DNA from: Octopus vulgaris
Lineage: Eukaryota
Direction of reading: 5' to 3'
NCBI GenBank assembly: GCA_951406725.2
Contig: OX597823.1
Coordinates: 67,456,001-67,520,000 of the forward strand
Length of the DNA: 64,000 nt
This document shows positions 52,329 to 64,000 of this stretch, in pieces. The notes beneath the pieces were generated by a model. It made no database searches. It saw only the letters and a program-made list of their open reading frames with translations, and was not told the origin of the DNA. Each line of letters opens with the position of its first letter. Positions within the stretch are counted from its first letter, which is position 1. The translations under genes were made by a program, and so were the position numbers.

Positions 52329-53196
52329 TATATTTATATTTGGGGAAAACAATACAGAAGAAAATGAAGAGGAAATAGATATGATTAATAATTAATAACA
52401 AACAAATAGATTATAAATTACATCCATTTCTTCTCCATTCTCTTTTTGCTTTCCCCAAATATTAATAATTTCAATAATCCCAAACATATACAAATTATTT
52501 TCACATTTTTATAATACAGATTAAACTAGTGGAATACCTTGGATTATATAATCTTTAATGAGGATATGACTTCTTCGAATTAATCATATATATATATATA
52601 ATTAGATAAAGACTTTTTTTAAAGCTTAGTCTCTCAAAAATATGAAATGTGTGTGTGTGTGTGTGTGTGTGTGGCTGTGTGTGTGTGTGTGTAGATGAAA
52701 AACAACTAGTTTTAAATCTCTGATTGAGATCTACGTAGTAACAGTATTGCATAGTAAATTTTAGTTGCCAACATAATGAATATATATATATTATGTGGTA
52801 AGGCTTCAACATGTAGAAAAGCACTCAATCTGCTAACAGAGTAAAGATATACTATCAATCAGATGCCCATAAGTCAAAAATAAAAGCACACTCAATATAA
52901 TAAAGTCGGTACATTTTTTTTTTAATGTCAAAAGGTTATGTACTTCCAGCCAAGATGTCTGAAGTGTGGTCAATATTATCTAGTGGAAATATTCGGTGCT
53001 AAGCCAAAACTAACATTATAACCAGTTATGTACCATAACCAATAATATATTTGCTTGACGATATATATATATATCATCATCATCCTTTAACGTCTGTTTT
53101 CCATGCTAGCATGGGTTGGATGGTTTGAACAGAGCTGGCAAGCTGGTGAGCTGCACCAGGTTTTCAAGAGTGTAAGCATGTGTGTGTGGGGGGTAC

Positions 53197-53228
<32 letters not shown>

Positions 53229-53249
53229 ATGTATTTGTATATATATATA

Positions 53250-53412
53250 GGCACAGACATTACTCTGTGGTAAGAAGGTGAGTTTCCAGCCACATGGTTC
53301 TGATTTCAATCCTATTGTTTGACACCTTGGTCAAGTCCCTTCCTCTAAAGTCTCAGGATGATCAAAGCCTTCTGAGGCAATTTGATAGATGGAAACTGAA
53401 AGAAGTCTGTCA

Positions 53413-53449
<37 letters not shown>

Positions 53450-53992
53450 GTGCATGTGTGTGTGTGTGTGCATGTGCATGCACACGCATGTGCGCATGTA
53501 TCTGTCTGTTTTCGTTCCCCACCATCACTTCATAACTGGTGTCAGTCTGTTTATGTCCCCATAACTTAGCAGTTTAGCAAATGAGACCAATAGAATAAGA
53601 ACCAAGCTTAAAAAAAAAAATATATATATATATATAGGCGCAGGAGTGGCTGTGTGGTAAGTAGCTTGCTTACTAACCACATGGTTCCGCGTTCAGTCCA
53701 AACTGTGTGACATCTTGTGAGTGGATTTGGTAGATGGAAACTCAAAGAAGCCTGTCATATATATGTACGTATATATATATGTGTGTGTGTGTGTGTGTGC
53801 ATGTATTGCTTGACAACTGATGCTGGTGTGTTTATGTCCCAATCACTTAGTGGTTTGGCAAAAGAGACTGATAGAATAAGTACTGGGCTTACAAAGAATA
53901 AGTCCCAGGGTCGATTTGCTCGACTAAAGGCAGTGCTCCAGCATAGCCACAGTCAAATGACTAAAACAAATAAAAGAGTAAAAGAGAGTAAA
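53250..53992 (+). mobile_element. Two tandem family C SINEs
   Basis: Heads at 53250 and 53637, (TG)n middles, tails CTTAGTGGTTTGGCAAAAGAGACTGATAGAATAAGTAC..CAAATGACTAAAACAA. Confidence 0.85.
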
Positions 53993-53994
53993 GA

Positions 53995-54062
<68 letters not shown>

Positions 54063-54067
<5 letters not shown>

Positions 54068-54707
54068 AGTTGTATACTGTCAACTTAATGTGACAGTCCC
54101 ATGAAGGGAATCACAGCACCACTATTTAGCCCTGGGAAGCATCAACGCTTCCTGTCGGCCTTGACACATTTCCTGTGTCCTTATATTTACAGGGGGGGGG
54201 ACAAACACCCCCACCCAGCTAAGCCTGCATCCAAAGACTAGTCTCTGAGTCTTGCTCATCATGTCACATTAAGTTGACAGTATACAACTGCTCTATCGTA
54301 CCACCACTGCTTATATCTCTCTGAGATATTTAGAAATGTAATATTTCTACTTTTTGTGATCAGTGGATTTATTTCACTGGAACTATTATATATGTTTACA
54401 AGGCCAAGACAAGCATCTGCAGCCAGCTAGTAAGCCATGCTACTCCAGACTGATGACAAGCAAGACTCAGAAACTAGTCTCTGGATGCAGGCTTAGCTGG
54501 ATGGGGTTGCTTGTCTCCCCCTTGTAAACATAAGGACACAGGAAATGTGTCAAGGCCGACAGGAAGCATTGATTCTTCCTAGGGCTAAATAGCGGTGGTG
54601 TGATTCCCTACGTGGGACTGTCACATTAAGTTGACAGTATACAACTGCTCTATCATACCACCACTGCTTATATCTCTCTGAGATATTTAGAAATGTAATA
54701 TTTCTAT
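54063..54707. mobile_element. Hammerhead-bearing retrozyme/Penelope pseudo-LTR-like element: inverted partial unit plus 1.25 tandem units of 357 bp
   Basis: 54262-54349 repeats directly at 54619-54706 (period 357); 54063-54261 is the reverse complement of ~54451-54651. Confidence 0.8.
54444..54485 (+). ncRNA. Minimal type I hammerhead ribozyme (stem II decayed)
   Basis: TCCAGA-CTGATGA-CAAG(CAAGA)CTCA-GAAA-CTAG-TC-TCTGGA: perfect 6-bp stem I, both conserved boxes, palindromic CUAG helix III, GUC cleavage triplet ending at 54479. Confidence 0.78.
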
Positions 54708-55089
54708 TTTTATATATATATATATATGTAGTGAGAGAGAGTGTGTGTGTGTGTGTGTTCAACAGATCAGATCCAGAGATGCTTAATACAGAAAACAGTA
54801 GCGCTAGGTTGCATATCCTTGACTTTTGGTGAACTACATCTGCCAAAATCATGAAGTAATTCCAAGCCTCCAGAAACAGTTGTCGGACATGTAACCCCAT
54901 ACTTTCTTCCATTTGATTTTTCTCTGTCTTTGTACTCTGTGTAAGTTTGCCTTGATAATATATAAATAACTAAATATATTTATACTTGAATATTCATCGG
55001 AATATTTTTAGTGTTTACTGACATGTATGTATATCTTGTATATCTAACCTAAGAGGTTTTATTTGTTTATTTGCATCATTATCTCTCTC

Positions 55090-55133
<44 letters not shown>

Positions 55134-55663
55134 CACACACAGAGTCTTACTTTGCAAATTGTTTCGCTCGAAAAATTCAACTTAAGGAATTTGTTTATCG
55201 CTATTATCAATTCCAGTGAGACTTTTTTATGGCACATGGGTTATGTGCAATTTAATTTACAAATAGACACTATGCTCACTACATCTCAATCAAACTATTG
55301 CAAGCAAATAAATATTAAAAAGAGTGTAGTTGTCTCCCAAGCAACCTGGTGTTAGTGTCAAAATATTTTTATTGAATTTTTGTATGTTTTTGTTTGTATA
55401 TAGTATGGAATATAATTTGATATTTAATATTTGCTTGTCATTTCATAGAATTTTCTGTCAATTTTACAAATGTTTTGCTAATTTTTTAATAAAATGAACA
55501 GACCAAATTAACAGTGGTGTCTTGAATTCTTGAATATTTTGTCATTAAATATTATTTTGTATTGCCTGTATGGTTGTTAATTCAAGTGAAACTTACTATG
55601 GTATGAAAAGAGTAGTGTATAAAAGAAGGGGAGGTATATGAGAAAAGCAATATATATATATAA

Positions 55664-55705
<42 letters not shown>

Positions 55706-55707
<2 letters not shown>

Positions 55708-55999
55708 AGGCACATGACCTAGTGGTTAGAGCAGCAGACTCGCAGTCAAGGGATTGTGGGTTCGAATCTCAGACTGCGTGATGTGTGTGTTTATGGGCAA
55801 AACACCTTAGCTCCACGCGGCGCCGGCAGAAGGTAATGGCGAATTTCTGCTGACTCTTTTGCTACAACTTTCTCTCACTCTTTTCTCCTGCATCTTGCAG
55901 CTTACCTGCAACGGACTGGTGTCCTGTCCAGGTGGGGAACCTATATGCCGAGGAAACCGGGAAACCAGCCCTATGAGCCAGGTATGGCTCAAGAAGGAA
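55706..55999 (+). mobile_element. Family A tRNA-derived SINE, full length
   Basis: A box TGACCTAGTGG, B box GGTTCGAATC, tail GGAAACCGGGAAACCAGCCCTATGAGCCAGG..AAGGAA. Confidence 0.88.
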
Positions 56000-56163
56000 T
56001 ACGTACATATACATGTATATGTATATATACAGACAGACAGACAGATAGGTAAAAACCCTCCTTCTTCCCTTCCTTCCTGAGCGTCCAATAATACTATATT
56101 TGTTCCACGTCCTCGCAGTGTTGTGTTTTCTCTTTGTGTCTTCATGTTTGGATTAACAATATA

Positions 56164-56204
<41 letters not shown>

Positions 56205-57403
56205 TATTTGTGTCTTTACAGGTCTATACTGAGATCAGTCTTTGTAGCTCCTATGCATATATCATCATCGTTATTTTAACATCCACTATTCCAAGCTTCC
56301 ATAAGTTGGACAGAATTTATTGAGATGGATTTTGTACACCTGATGCCATCAGAAAAGAAAAGCTCCAGTAACATGCTGCAAAATGGCTAGCATTAGGAAG
56401 TGCATCCAGCCATAGAAACATTGCCAAGGCAGGCATTGGAGCATGATGCAGTTTTCAGACTCACTGGATCCTGTCAAACCATCCAGCCTATGCCAGCATG
56501 GAACATCATCCTCCTCATCCTCATTTAGCATCCGTTTTCCATGTTGGCATGGGTAAGACGGTTTGACTGGAGAGCTACACCAGGCTTCAGTCTGTTTTGG
56601 TTTAGTTTCTATGGTTGAATGCTCTTCGTAATGCTAACCATTCTACAGAGTGTACTGGGTGGCTTTTACATGTCACCAGCACAGGTACATTTTCTATGTT
56701 GCCAGCATGGGTGGGTGGCTTTTACGTGTTACTTGCCCAAGTACTTTATATGTTGATGATGATGATAATGATGATGATATACAACAGGGTTACTGTCAAT
56801 TTCCACTCACAAGGCATTGGTTGGCCAGAGGCTTAGTAGAAGACACTTGCCTAAGGTGTGCCACACAGTAGAACTGAACCCCAAACCATGTGGTTTGGAT
56901 TCATACTTCTTCAGCAAAACTGTAATACCTGCGCTTATTTATGATATTGTAGACAGCTGAATGACCAGATTATTATGCATGGAGGCAGAAGATATGCATG
57001 CAGACAAGCAGGCAGACACAAACATTTAGATAGATATGCAATGTATATCAGTGCCTGTGGACAGAGAGGGTTAAACAGAATTATTGACTAAATATAGAAA
57101 GTCAGTTCTCTCTTAGTTCAAATTCAATTAGAAAAACAGTTAATGATGAAACAGTCTATGGAGAAAATTCACCAGAATGAAAGGAAAAAAAAAAAGATAA
57201 ATATAAAATTGTAAATGGATCTTTATTGAATATAGAAGAACAGAAGAATCTAATTAACGGTTCTTTTTAATTAAATTAAATTCCTACATTATTCAATTTT
57301 ATCTATAATATCCATGGCCAGCTATTAACAAAATGTTGATATACATTTGAGATGAATATTCTGAGCATTTAAGTAGGGGATTCCTCTCTCTCTCTCTCTC
57401 TGC

Positions 57404-57434
<31 letters not shown>

Positions 57435-57600
57435 CGCGCAAGTATACTGGCAGAAACTAGCAGAGGTACTTAGTAATGCCCAAGGATTGTATCAAATAAC
57501 TGCATGCAGTAACATACATTCAGTACATATTACAAACTAGTTGACAGATAATAAATAGAATTTTTTTGAGTATTTTCACTGAAGTAAAAATTATAACATA

Positions 57601-58092
57601 ACTAGTTGGCCCTGTACTGTCCAAAACGACAGCTAATTCTAGTATTTTATATATAAATAAGGTACATAATAATCAGACATACAAACATTTACATATACTC
57701 ATACAGAGTTGAAACGCTGTTTGATTTTCCATTTCAGCATTGAATGTTCATTCACACATACAAACATTCACATTTTGCCATCATCCCTTCCTTCCTTATT
57801 TATCTATCACCCTTTCCTTCCTTATTCCTCTATCACTCCTTACTTTTTTCATTCATATGTTGTGACAGAGAAAAACACAAGAGTACAAGAGTATTATTAT
57901 ATCACCCTCCCACTTCCATTGCACACACACACACAAACATTCACAAACCTCCCTTTTTACATACATACACATATACTCACACAGAGTTGAAACACTGTTT
58001 GATTTTTTTCACCCCTTCCTTCCTTATTCATCTCCCACCCCTTCCTTTCTCATTCATATGTTGTGACAGAGAAAAACACAAGAGTATTATTA
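57601..58092 (-). mobile_element. Helitron-like element with internal duplication
   Basis: Begins ACTAG on plus (CTAG terminus on minus); ACATATACTCA.ACAGAGTTGAAAC and TCATTCATATGTTGTGACAGAGAAAAACACAAGAGTA each occur twice. Confidence 0.5.
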
Positions 58093-58578
58093 TGGTAGAT
58101 TTTTTAAAATTTTATGTTTCTATTCAAAGCCCCAGAAGAAACAATAGTCTTAGTTTAGCCCCTTGGTGCAATGATGAATATAGGAGCAAGTCTCCTACTT
58201 CTGAAGGACCAAATGAAAGCTGACCATGTGAAAGTACAGGATCCACCAGATGTATGTGTGTGTGTGGGTGGTGCATGTATGTATATGCGTGTGTATGTGT
58301 GCGTGCACATGCATGTGTGTGTATGTGTAAGCATGCGCTTGTGTGTGTGTATGCATGCACGTGTGTGTGTGTGTAGTGCTGCATTTGTGAATTTCCTGCC
58401 TTAGCTTTCATCTTTATACTATGTGCATCTGGGGCTTTCGCACAGATGCATTGCATCTCATAAAAGGCAACTGAAAGAACCAGCATTAAGAAGGGCATCT
58501 GGGCCATAAAACACTTCCTCGAAGAGTTTTGTCCAATTTATTCCAGCATGGAAAAATCATAATCAAAAATGATAATGT

Positions 58579-58633
<55 letters not shown>

Positions 58634-59633
58634 GGTGGTGGTGGTGGTTAATGAAACATCTGAAAAATTTGATTTTCCTAATTATGAGAGGATGAAAGGA
58701 AAGAAGGTAAAACAAAACAAAACAAAACAAAAAAAAACTTAATTAAATATATGTTGACTATTTCACATGTTGTAAATATCGTTACCATTATTTAATCAGC
58801 GCTAAAATAAAAAGCAGCTGCTACATCTACTGTAATAAAGTTTATTAAATATCAAATAATATTTCCAGCAGCGTACATTGTCTCCTTGAAAACAATGTTG
58901 TTGTTGTTGTTGTTGTTCTTATTATCTATGTTTTTAATGCTTTTATTATTTTCCTTGCAACAGCAAGCAGAACTGCATGTTCAAAGTGTTATTGTTGCTG
59001 TTGTTGTAGTTGTTATAATTACTGTTTAGACACAGGTCAGATATGACAGAGCAGAAAAATGATAATATAATTCCACCATGACCAGCCTGTCCTTCTTACC
59101 TCAGACATTAAACATCAAGGACTATATTTTAAAAATGTGACCCTTCCTTTTCAAACCAGTAGGATGTGGTTTAACCCTTTCCGCATTTAAACAAGCCATG
59201 TCACACCCAAATACGTCTACTTATTCTAAGTTGAAACTACCTAGATCTTGCCTCTCCCACCTGCCCAACAATGTTATTCGAAAACTAAACAGTCAGGTCA
59301 TCAAAATCTCAAAGATATGAGATTATAGATGATTAATTGAAAATAATATGAATAAATAAGTATTAATTTGATAAAGAGATTAACAAAATTTCATTCAGGT
59401 ACTGGTCAACCTGAGACAATAAAAGAAGGCACTTGCTTAAAGTGACACCCAGTAGAATTAAACCTAGAATTATGTAGTTGCAAAAATAACTTCTTAACCA
59501 TGCAGCTACGATTGTGCTATACATAAGTAACAGTCGTGTCTGCACAATATATAGATGTAAAACCTGTTACGAACTTTCAGTCAAAAATAACTGCAATCCA
59601 CTAACAAACTAGGCTAAAGCAAAAAGAAAGAAA

Positions 59634-60025
59634 TCTATATATATATATATATATATAAAGCTGAAGTTGTCTGTGCATGGCAGGTTTGGCAGCCTTCAAC
59701 TAACACTATCTCCTCCGAGACCCTGCAGTGCAAGTTGACCAAAATTGAGAGTATGGTAGAAGGCTTACTCTTCCTTCCGTAGAAGAAAAAATTCAAATTG
59801 GACCATGTTAAGACCAAAAATTATTTACATCAAAAAGGTGTTTTTTTTCTATGAAAAACCCTATTTTTTTTACTGCTGTGTCATTATTTTTTGGTGTATT
59901 TCAACCAGAAAAATGTTTACTTAAAGAGAATAACAAGCTACATAATGCAAAATTTTTAATTTTCAAAAATTCCAATTCTATAGGGTCTAAACAAACATGA
60001 GCAACGCCGGGCGCAATACTACTAG
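59634..60025 (+). mobile_element. Non-autonomous Helitron (same family as 36150-36539)
   Basis: A|TCTATATA start, GAGCAACGCCGGG..CTAG|T end; collinear with the 36150 copy. Confidence 0.9.
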
Positions 60026-60399
60026 TTAGAAAATAAAATTATTTTTTCAAACCAAAAGTGTCATTGATTTCTAATCTGACACTTAATCATAGAGAATTAC
60101 AAATACTGAAAAGTCTTGGAAATTAGAAACCTTAATCTTCATACCAATCAACCAGAAGCCGCTATTTATCCAAGGATACAAAATGTCTAAATTATATATT
60201 TATAATTAAAATTCAAACATTCCATCATAATTCTATTTAAAAAAAAAACTTGTTATATTCCAGACACCAGCTTTATAATCAGAAAGATATTTTACTAAAT
60301 TCTGCCAAATTCATGATTATTTTTTTAATTAAATTAATTAAGATGTATTAACTTTGTATTTAATTAAAAATATTTTCATGACACTATCAATATATGATT

Positions 60400-60684
60400 A
60401 ACACATACAAGCATTCACATTCATCCATACACACACACACACACACATATATATACACACATACATATATATACATACACACATATATATATATACACAC
60501 ACACACATAGAGATATACACACATATACATATATACACACATAATTATACACATATACATATGTACATATATATACACAGACACATATAATATAGTTAAT
60601 CCAAACAAGAAAACACAAAAAAACACAGCAATGCAAGGACGTGGAACAAAAAAAGTATTATTGGATGCTCAGGAAAGAAGGGAA

Positions 60685-60717
<33 letters not shown>

Positions 60718-60794
60718 CACACACATATACATGTGTAAATATATGCACACACATATATATACACATATATACATATATATATACACACACACAC

Positions 60795-60862
<68 letters not shown>

Positions 60863-60910
60863 GTGTGTGTGTATATATGTGTATATATGTATATATATAT
60901 ATGCGTGTGA

Positions 60911-60976
<66 letters not shown>

Positions 60977-60990
60977 ATATATGTATATAT
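60400..60990. repeat. Compound (TA)/(CA)/(TG) microsatellite field
   Basis: Directly visible; contains a short repeat at 60595-60685 that matches 56070-56157 in reverse. Confidence 0.92.
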
Positions 60991-62680
60991 CAATACCCAA
61001 CAATGCACATGCACGAAATAAAATGTATAAAATGGTGACAATTTACTCATCGCACCCTGTATATACATAGATATATCATCAGAGTAACCAAAATTTGAAT
61101 ACAAATTCATCAATATAGATACGCAAAAGACTGTTGCAGGACTGAACAAATATGCAGCATAAATGAAGAGGATAACTGACAAAGATGAATAATGACCAAT
61201 CCCAATCGTCTCTATCTCAATTTAAGAAGTACAATATGAATGAATGTACGTTTCATGCAAGGAATGATGTTCTCAGTCATCAGAAATAATAGCACAACAA
61301 ATGAAAAATGAAAAGAAGTAACAAAATACTTGAAAATGAGGATTATCCAATGACATGCCATGATAACAAAGCTCAGTTAGGTAAATATACAGTGAAATGG
61401 TGTAACAACCGAAGTGATCATCAGTGTCAGAGATATGCTAATGAAATACAGAGATGTGGGTAAAACATATATCATTGGTCGGAAAACATCAGGACCCCTT
61501 TCACTTTGACATACTAAGCTATTACCATACAATATATTGTATCATAAGATATAAGCTTTCAAAGGCCAAATAGGCAGCAAATGTCATTCTCATCACAAGA
61601 AATGCAATAACTAGTCGTTAATCTATTTGGATTCTATTTCAGCACAAACATCCAATAATATTTGATAATGCTATTGGTAACAAATGAATGTGTTTAGAAC
61701 CAAAATGGTGCACATACTTCTCTTAATTTTTTTTTTTTTCTGTGTGTGTGTGTTTTAGCCAGGAGAGAAAGCAGTGCCCATGAACTATTATAGGGCATCT
61801 GAGACTGATTGGGAAAGAGGGAAAAAAGTATCCTCAAACTTGAAACAAGGTCTGAATGTCTGCATCAGAGTAAGCTTTGCTAAAGGTACCCAAAGTGCCA
61901 AGTGGTAGAGTTAAATCAAATGATGATTTAAGTGTACCACCCAAATAGAACATGGCAGGACTGGAACTCAGCATGTAAAAGAAATATTGAATAATTATTT
62001 TTTCCGTAACAGTTTGCACAGATGTATCCCAGAGTATTGTGATTCGGTTGTTTTTAGCAACAACCCATGCTTATTTAGCCCCAAATAACTCTAACTTGGT
62101 AAATCTACAATCAAATACATTATAAATGTAACACACCGATCTTTTGCTTTTATAAGTTATTGTGTACCAAGGACTACATTATCCAGTGTATCTTTCTCAT
62201 TTTCAAGGTGACAGAAACACCAGCTAAATCTCCCTTACATCATGCCTTACTATCATAAAAAAGATAATATATTGGATATTTTAATCCTAGAAACACTCAG
62301 CAACCAAAACGTTTGGCAGAAGAAAACGGCCAACCATCTCAAACCCAGTACATGACTGGTATTTATTTTATCAATTCTTGAAGAAGAAAATACAAAATCA
62401 GCAGTGAGGATTTGAACTCAGAAACTAAAGAACCAGAAAAATAACACAAAGCATTGAAGATGGGATGTTCATGGCTGAAATGCTTTTAATCATAGGTCTC
62501 CTGGATTATGAAATGATCTCCTGGATTATGAAATGATATGGATCTAAGCAACAACATGAATACAGTTCATATAGATATATGTAGGCTCTCTCCTGTCACA
62601 AATGACAGATTAAGAATTTTGCAATTTTTTACTGAACAACCTACACAAATGATTTGTTTCTACTGATTAAACATTTATGC

Positions 62681-63075
62681 CAGTGATTTCCAATGTCTAG
62701 CATATGCCCTATTGGTAGGGCCTGGGAAAATTGTGGTGAAGCATGGGATCCAAATTTTTATTCTTTTATTTTTGTTGGGACATGAAATTGTGAAAATCTT
62801 TTTCCCAGCAAACATACAGTACATATACTCAGCTTAGTCAAACCAATCCCTCCAAACATGCATACTGTGTAAAAACTGTTTGCCACAATATAGTTTTTTT
62901 TTGTCTTTTTTTGTATTCAGTACTTAATAAATGAGTTACCTGTACATTCTTTTGTGTTAAATAGCTGTGATAAAATATCAAAAATAAAGTTCTTTTTTTC
63001 CAACCATCGGTGGGGCACACACTTTTCTGGAAAGTTATAGGTGGGGCCTGGGGGAAAATAGGTTGAGAAACACTG
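62681..63075. mobile_element. hAT-type MITE
   Basis: CAGTGATTTCCAA ... GGTTGAGAAACACTG ends; imperfect 8-bp flanks ATTTATGC/GTTTATGA. Confidence 0.6.
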
Positions 63076-63356
63076 GTTTATGATGCTGTACATTAACTCA
63101 TTCACTCCATCAAATTGGCTTTACCTGCATAGGTGCCATATGTCAGAGATCAAAATGATCCCAGAGCAATGGGAAATGATGTATTTTACTCAAGAAAACA
63201 ACACACTGCCTGAGGTAGGAATCAAATCCAAGATCTTGCAATTGCAAGTGCAACGCCCTAACCATTAGGACATGTGCTTCACATACATATTCAATGTTAA
63301 TAAATCCTTTGTAAGAATGAAATGACGGAAAATATGCAAACCATACTATTGTACCT

Positions 63357-63584
63357 ATTTCCTTACTACCCACAAGGGGCTAAACACAAAAGGGACAAAC
63401 AAGAACAAACGGATTAAGTTGATTACATCGACCCCAGTGCGTAACTGCTACTTATTTAATCGACCCCGAAAGGATGAAAGGCAAAGTCAGCCTCGACAGA
63501 ATTTGAACTCAGAATTTGAATAGCAGACAAAATACTGCTAACCATTTCGCCCGGCGTGCTAACATTTCTGCCAGCTCACAGATA
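63357..63584 (-). mobile_element. Family B SINE with 15-bp TSD
   Basis: CATACTATTGTACCT at 63342-63356 and 63585-63599. Confidence 0.9.
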
Positions 63585-64000
63585 CATACTATTGTACCTT
63601 TCTGTAACATGCCTATGTCTATCTCAATACATAACCTGCTGATTTTTTTCAGATGGAGCTCCATATCATTCCAGTTGTACAGATTTTATTTTCATAAAGA
63701 CTGAATCCCAATTTAATTACAAGGATTAACCAGCAGAAGATGGGGGAGAGGGAGCACATCCCAGAACACATGATGTGTTCAGTTGTGCCCTACAGACATG
63801 ACCATGATAGTGTTACCATGGAGAATAGCCAAGGACACTCACTGCAGCAGTCACTTGTGTGGCTCCTTTCTCAGACAGGCCACAGTTATCCTGATTTCGC
63901 TGAAGAAATTGGCAGCGCAGGGTCCAAGAACACCTGAGGTCTCAACGGCAACTGGCATAAACTGATAGTGACTAGTCAGGCTCCTGTAATTATTCATTTT

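Noticed and set aside
61070-61600. Second Penelope GIY-YIG remnant (KTYIIG-like)
   Set aside because: Too decayed to translate convincingly by eye.
63650-63965. Plus-strand exon after TTTTTTTCAG
   Set aside because: No frame stays open from the acceptor to a clear donor and the short ORFs show no recognisable motif.

Overview
AT-rich, microsatellite-saturated animal DNA. The tRNA-derived SINE families, Helitron/MITE repertoire and (TA)n/(CA)n/(AAT)n density point to a coleoid cephalopod, probably Octopus (inferred from repeat content). No long host ORF is present; almost all tracked ORFs are microsatellite or SINE read-throughs. Recognisable coding remnants are all transposon-derived: Penelope-like N-terminal and linker/GIY-YIG pieces, a deleted mariner, a Helitron Rep-Hel piece, R4/Dong C-termini and an RTE piece. 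Several minus-strand splice acceptors/donors and a clean AATAAA 3' end suggest the window is intronic plus 3' end of an unidentified minus-strand gene, possibly with alternative terminal exons (tentative). The most notable signal is a minimal type I hammerhead ribozyme at 54444-54485 inside a 357-bp tandem-plus-inverted retrozyme-like unit. Further hammerhead-like motifs occur, along with at least six long fold-back repeats that would form dsRNA. Also present: a ~1 kb structured GCG/GGC array, a 125-bp insertion into the mariner that matches a neighbouring repeat, and SINE junctions that record insertion mechanism. All coordinates were read by eye and no database searches were run.
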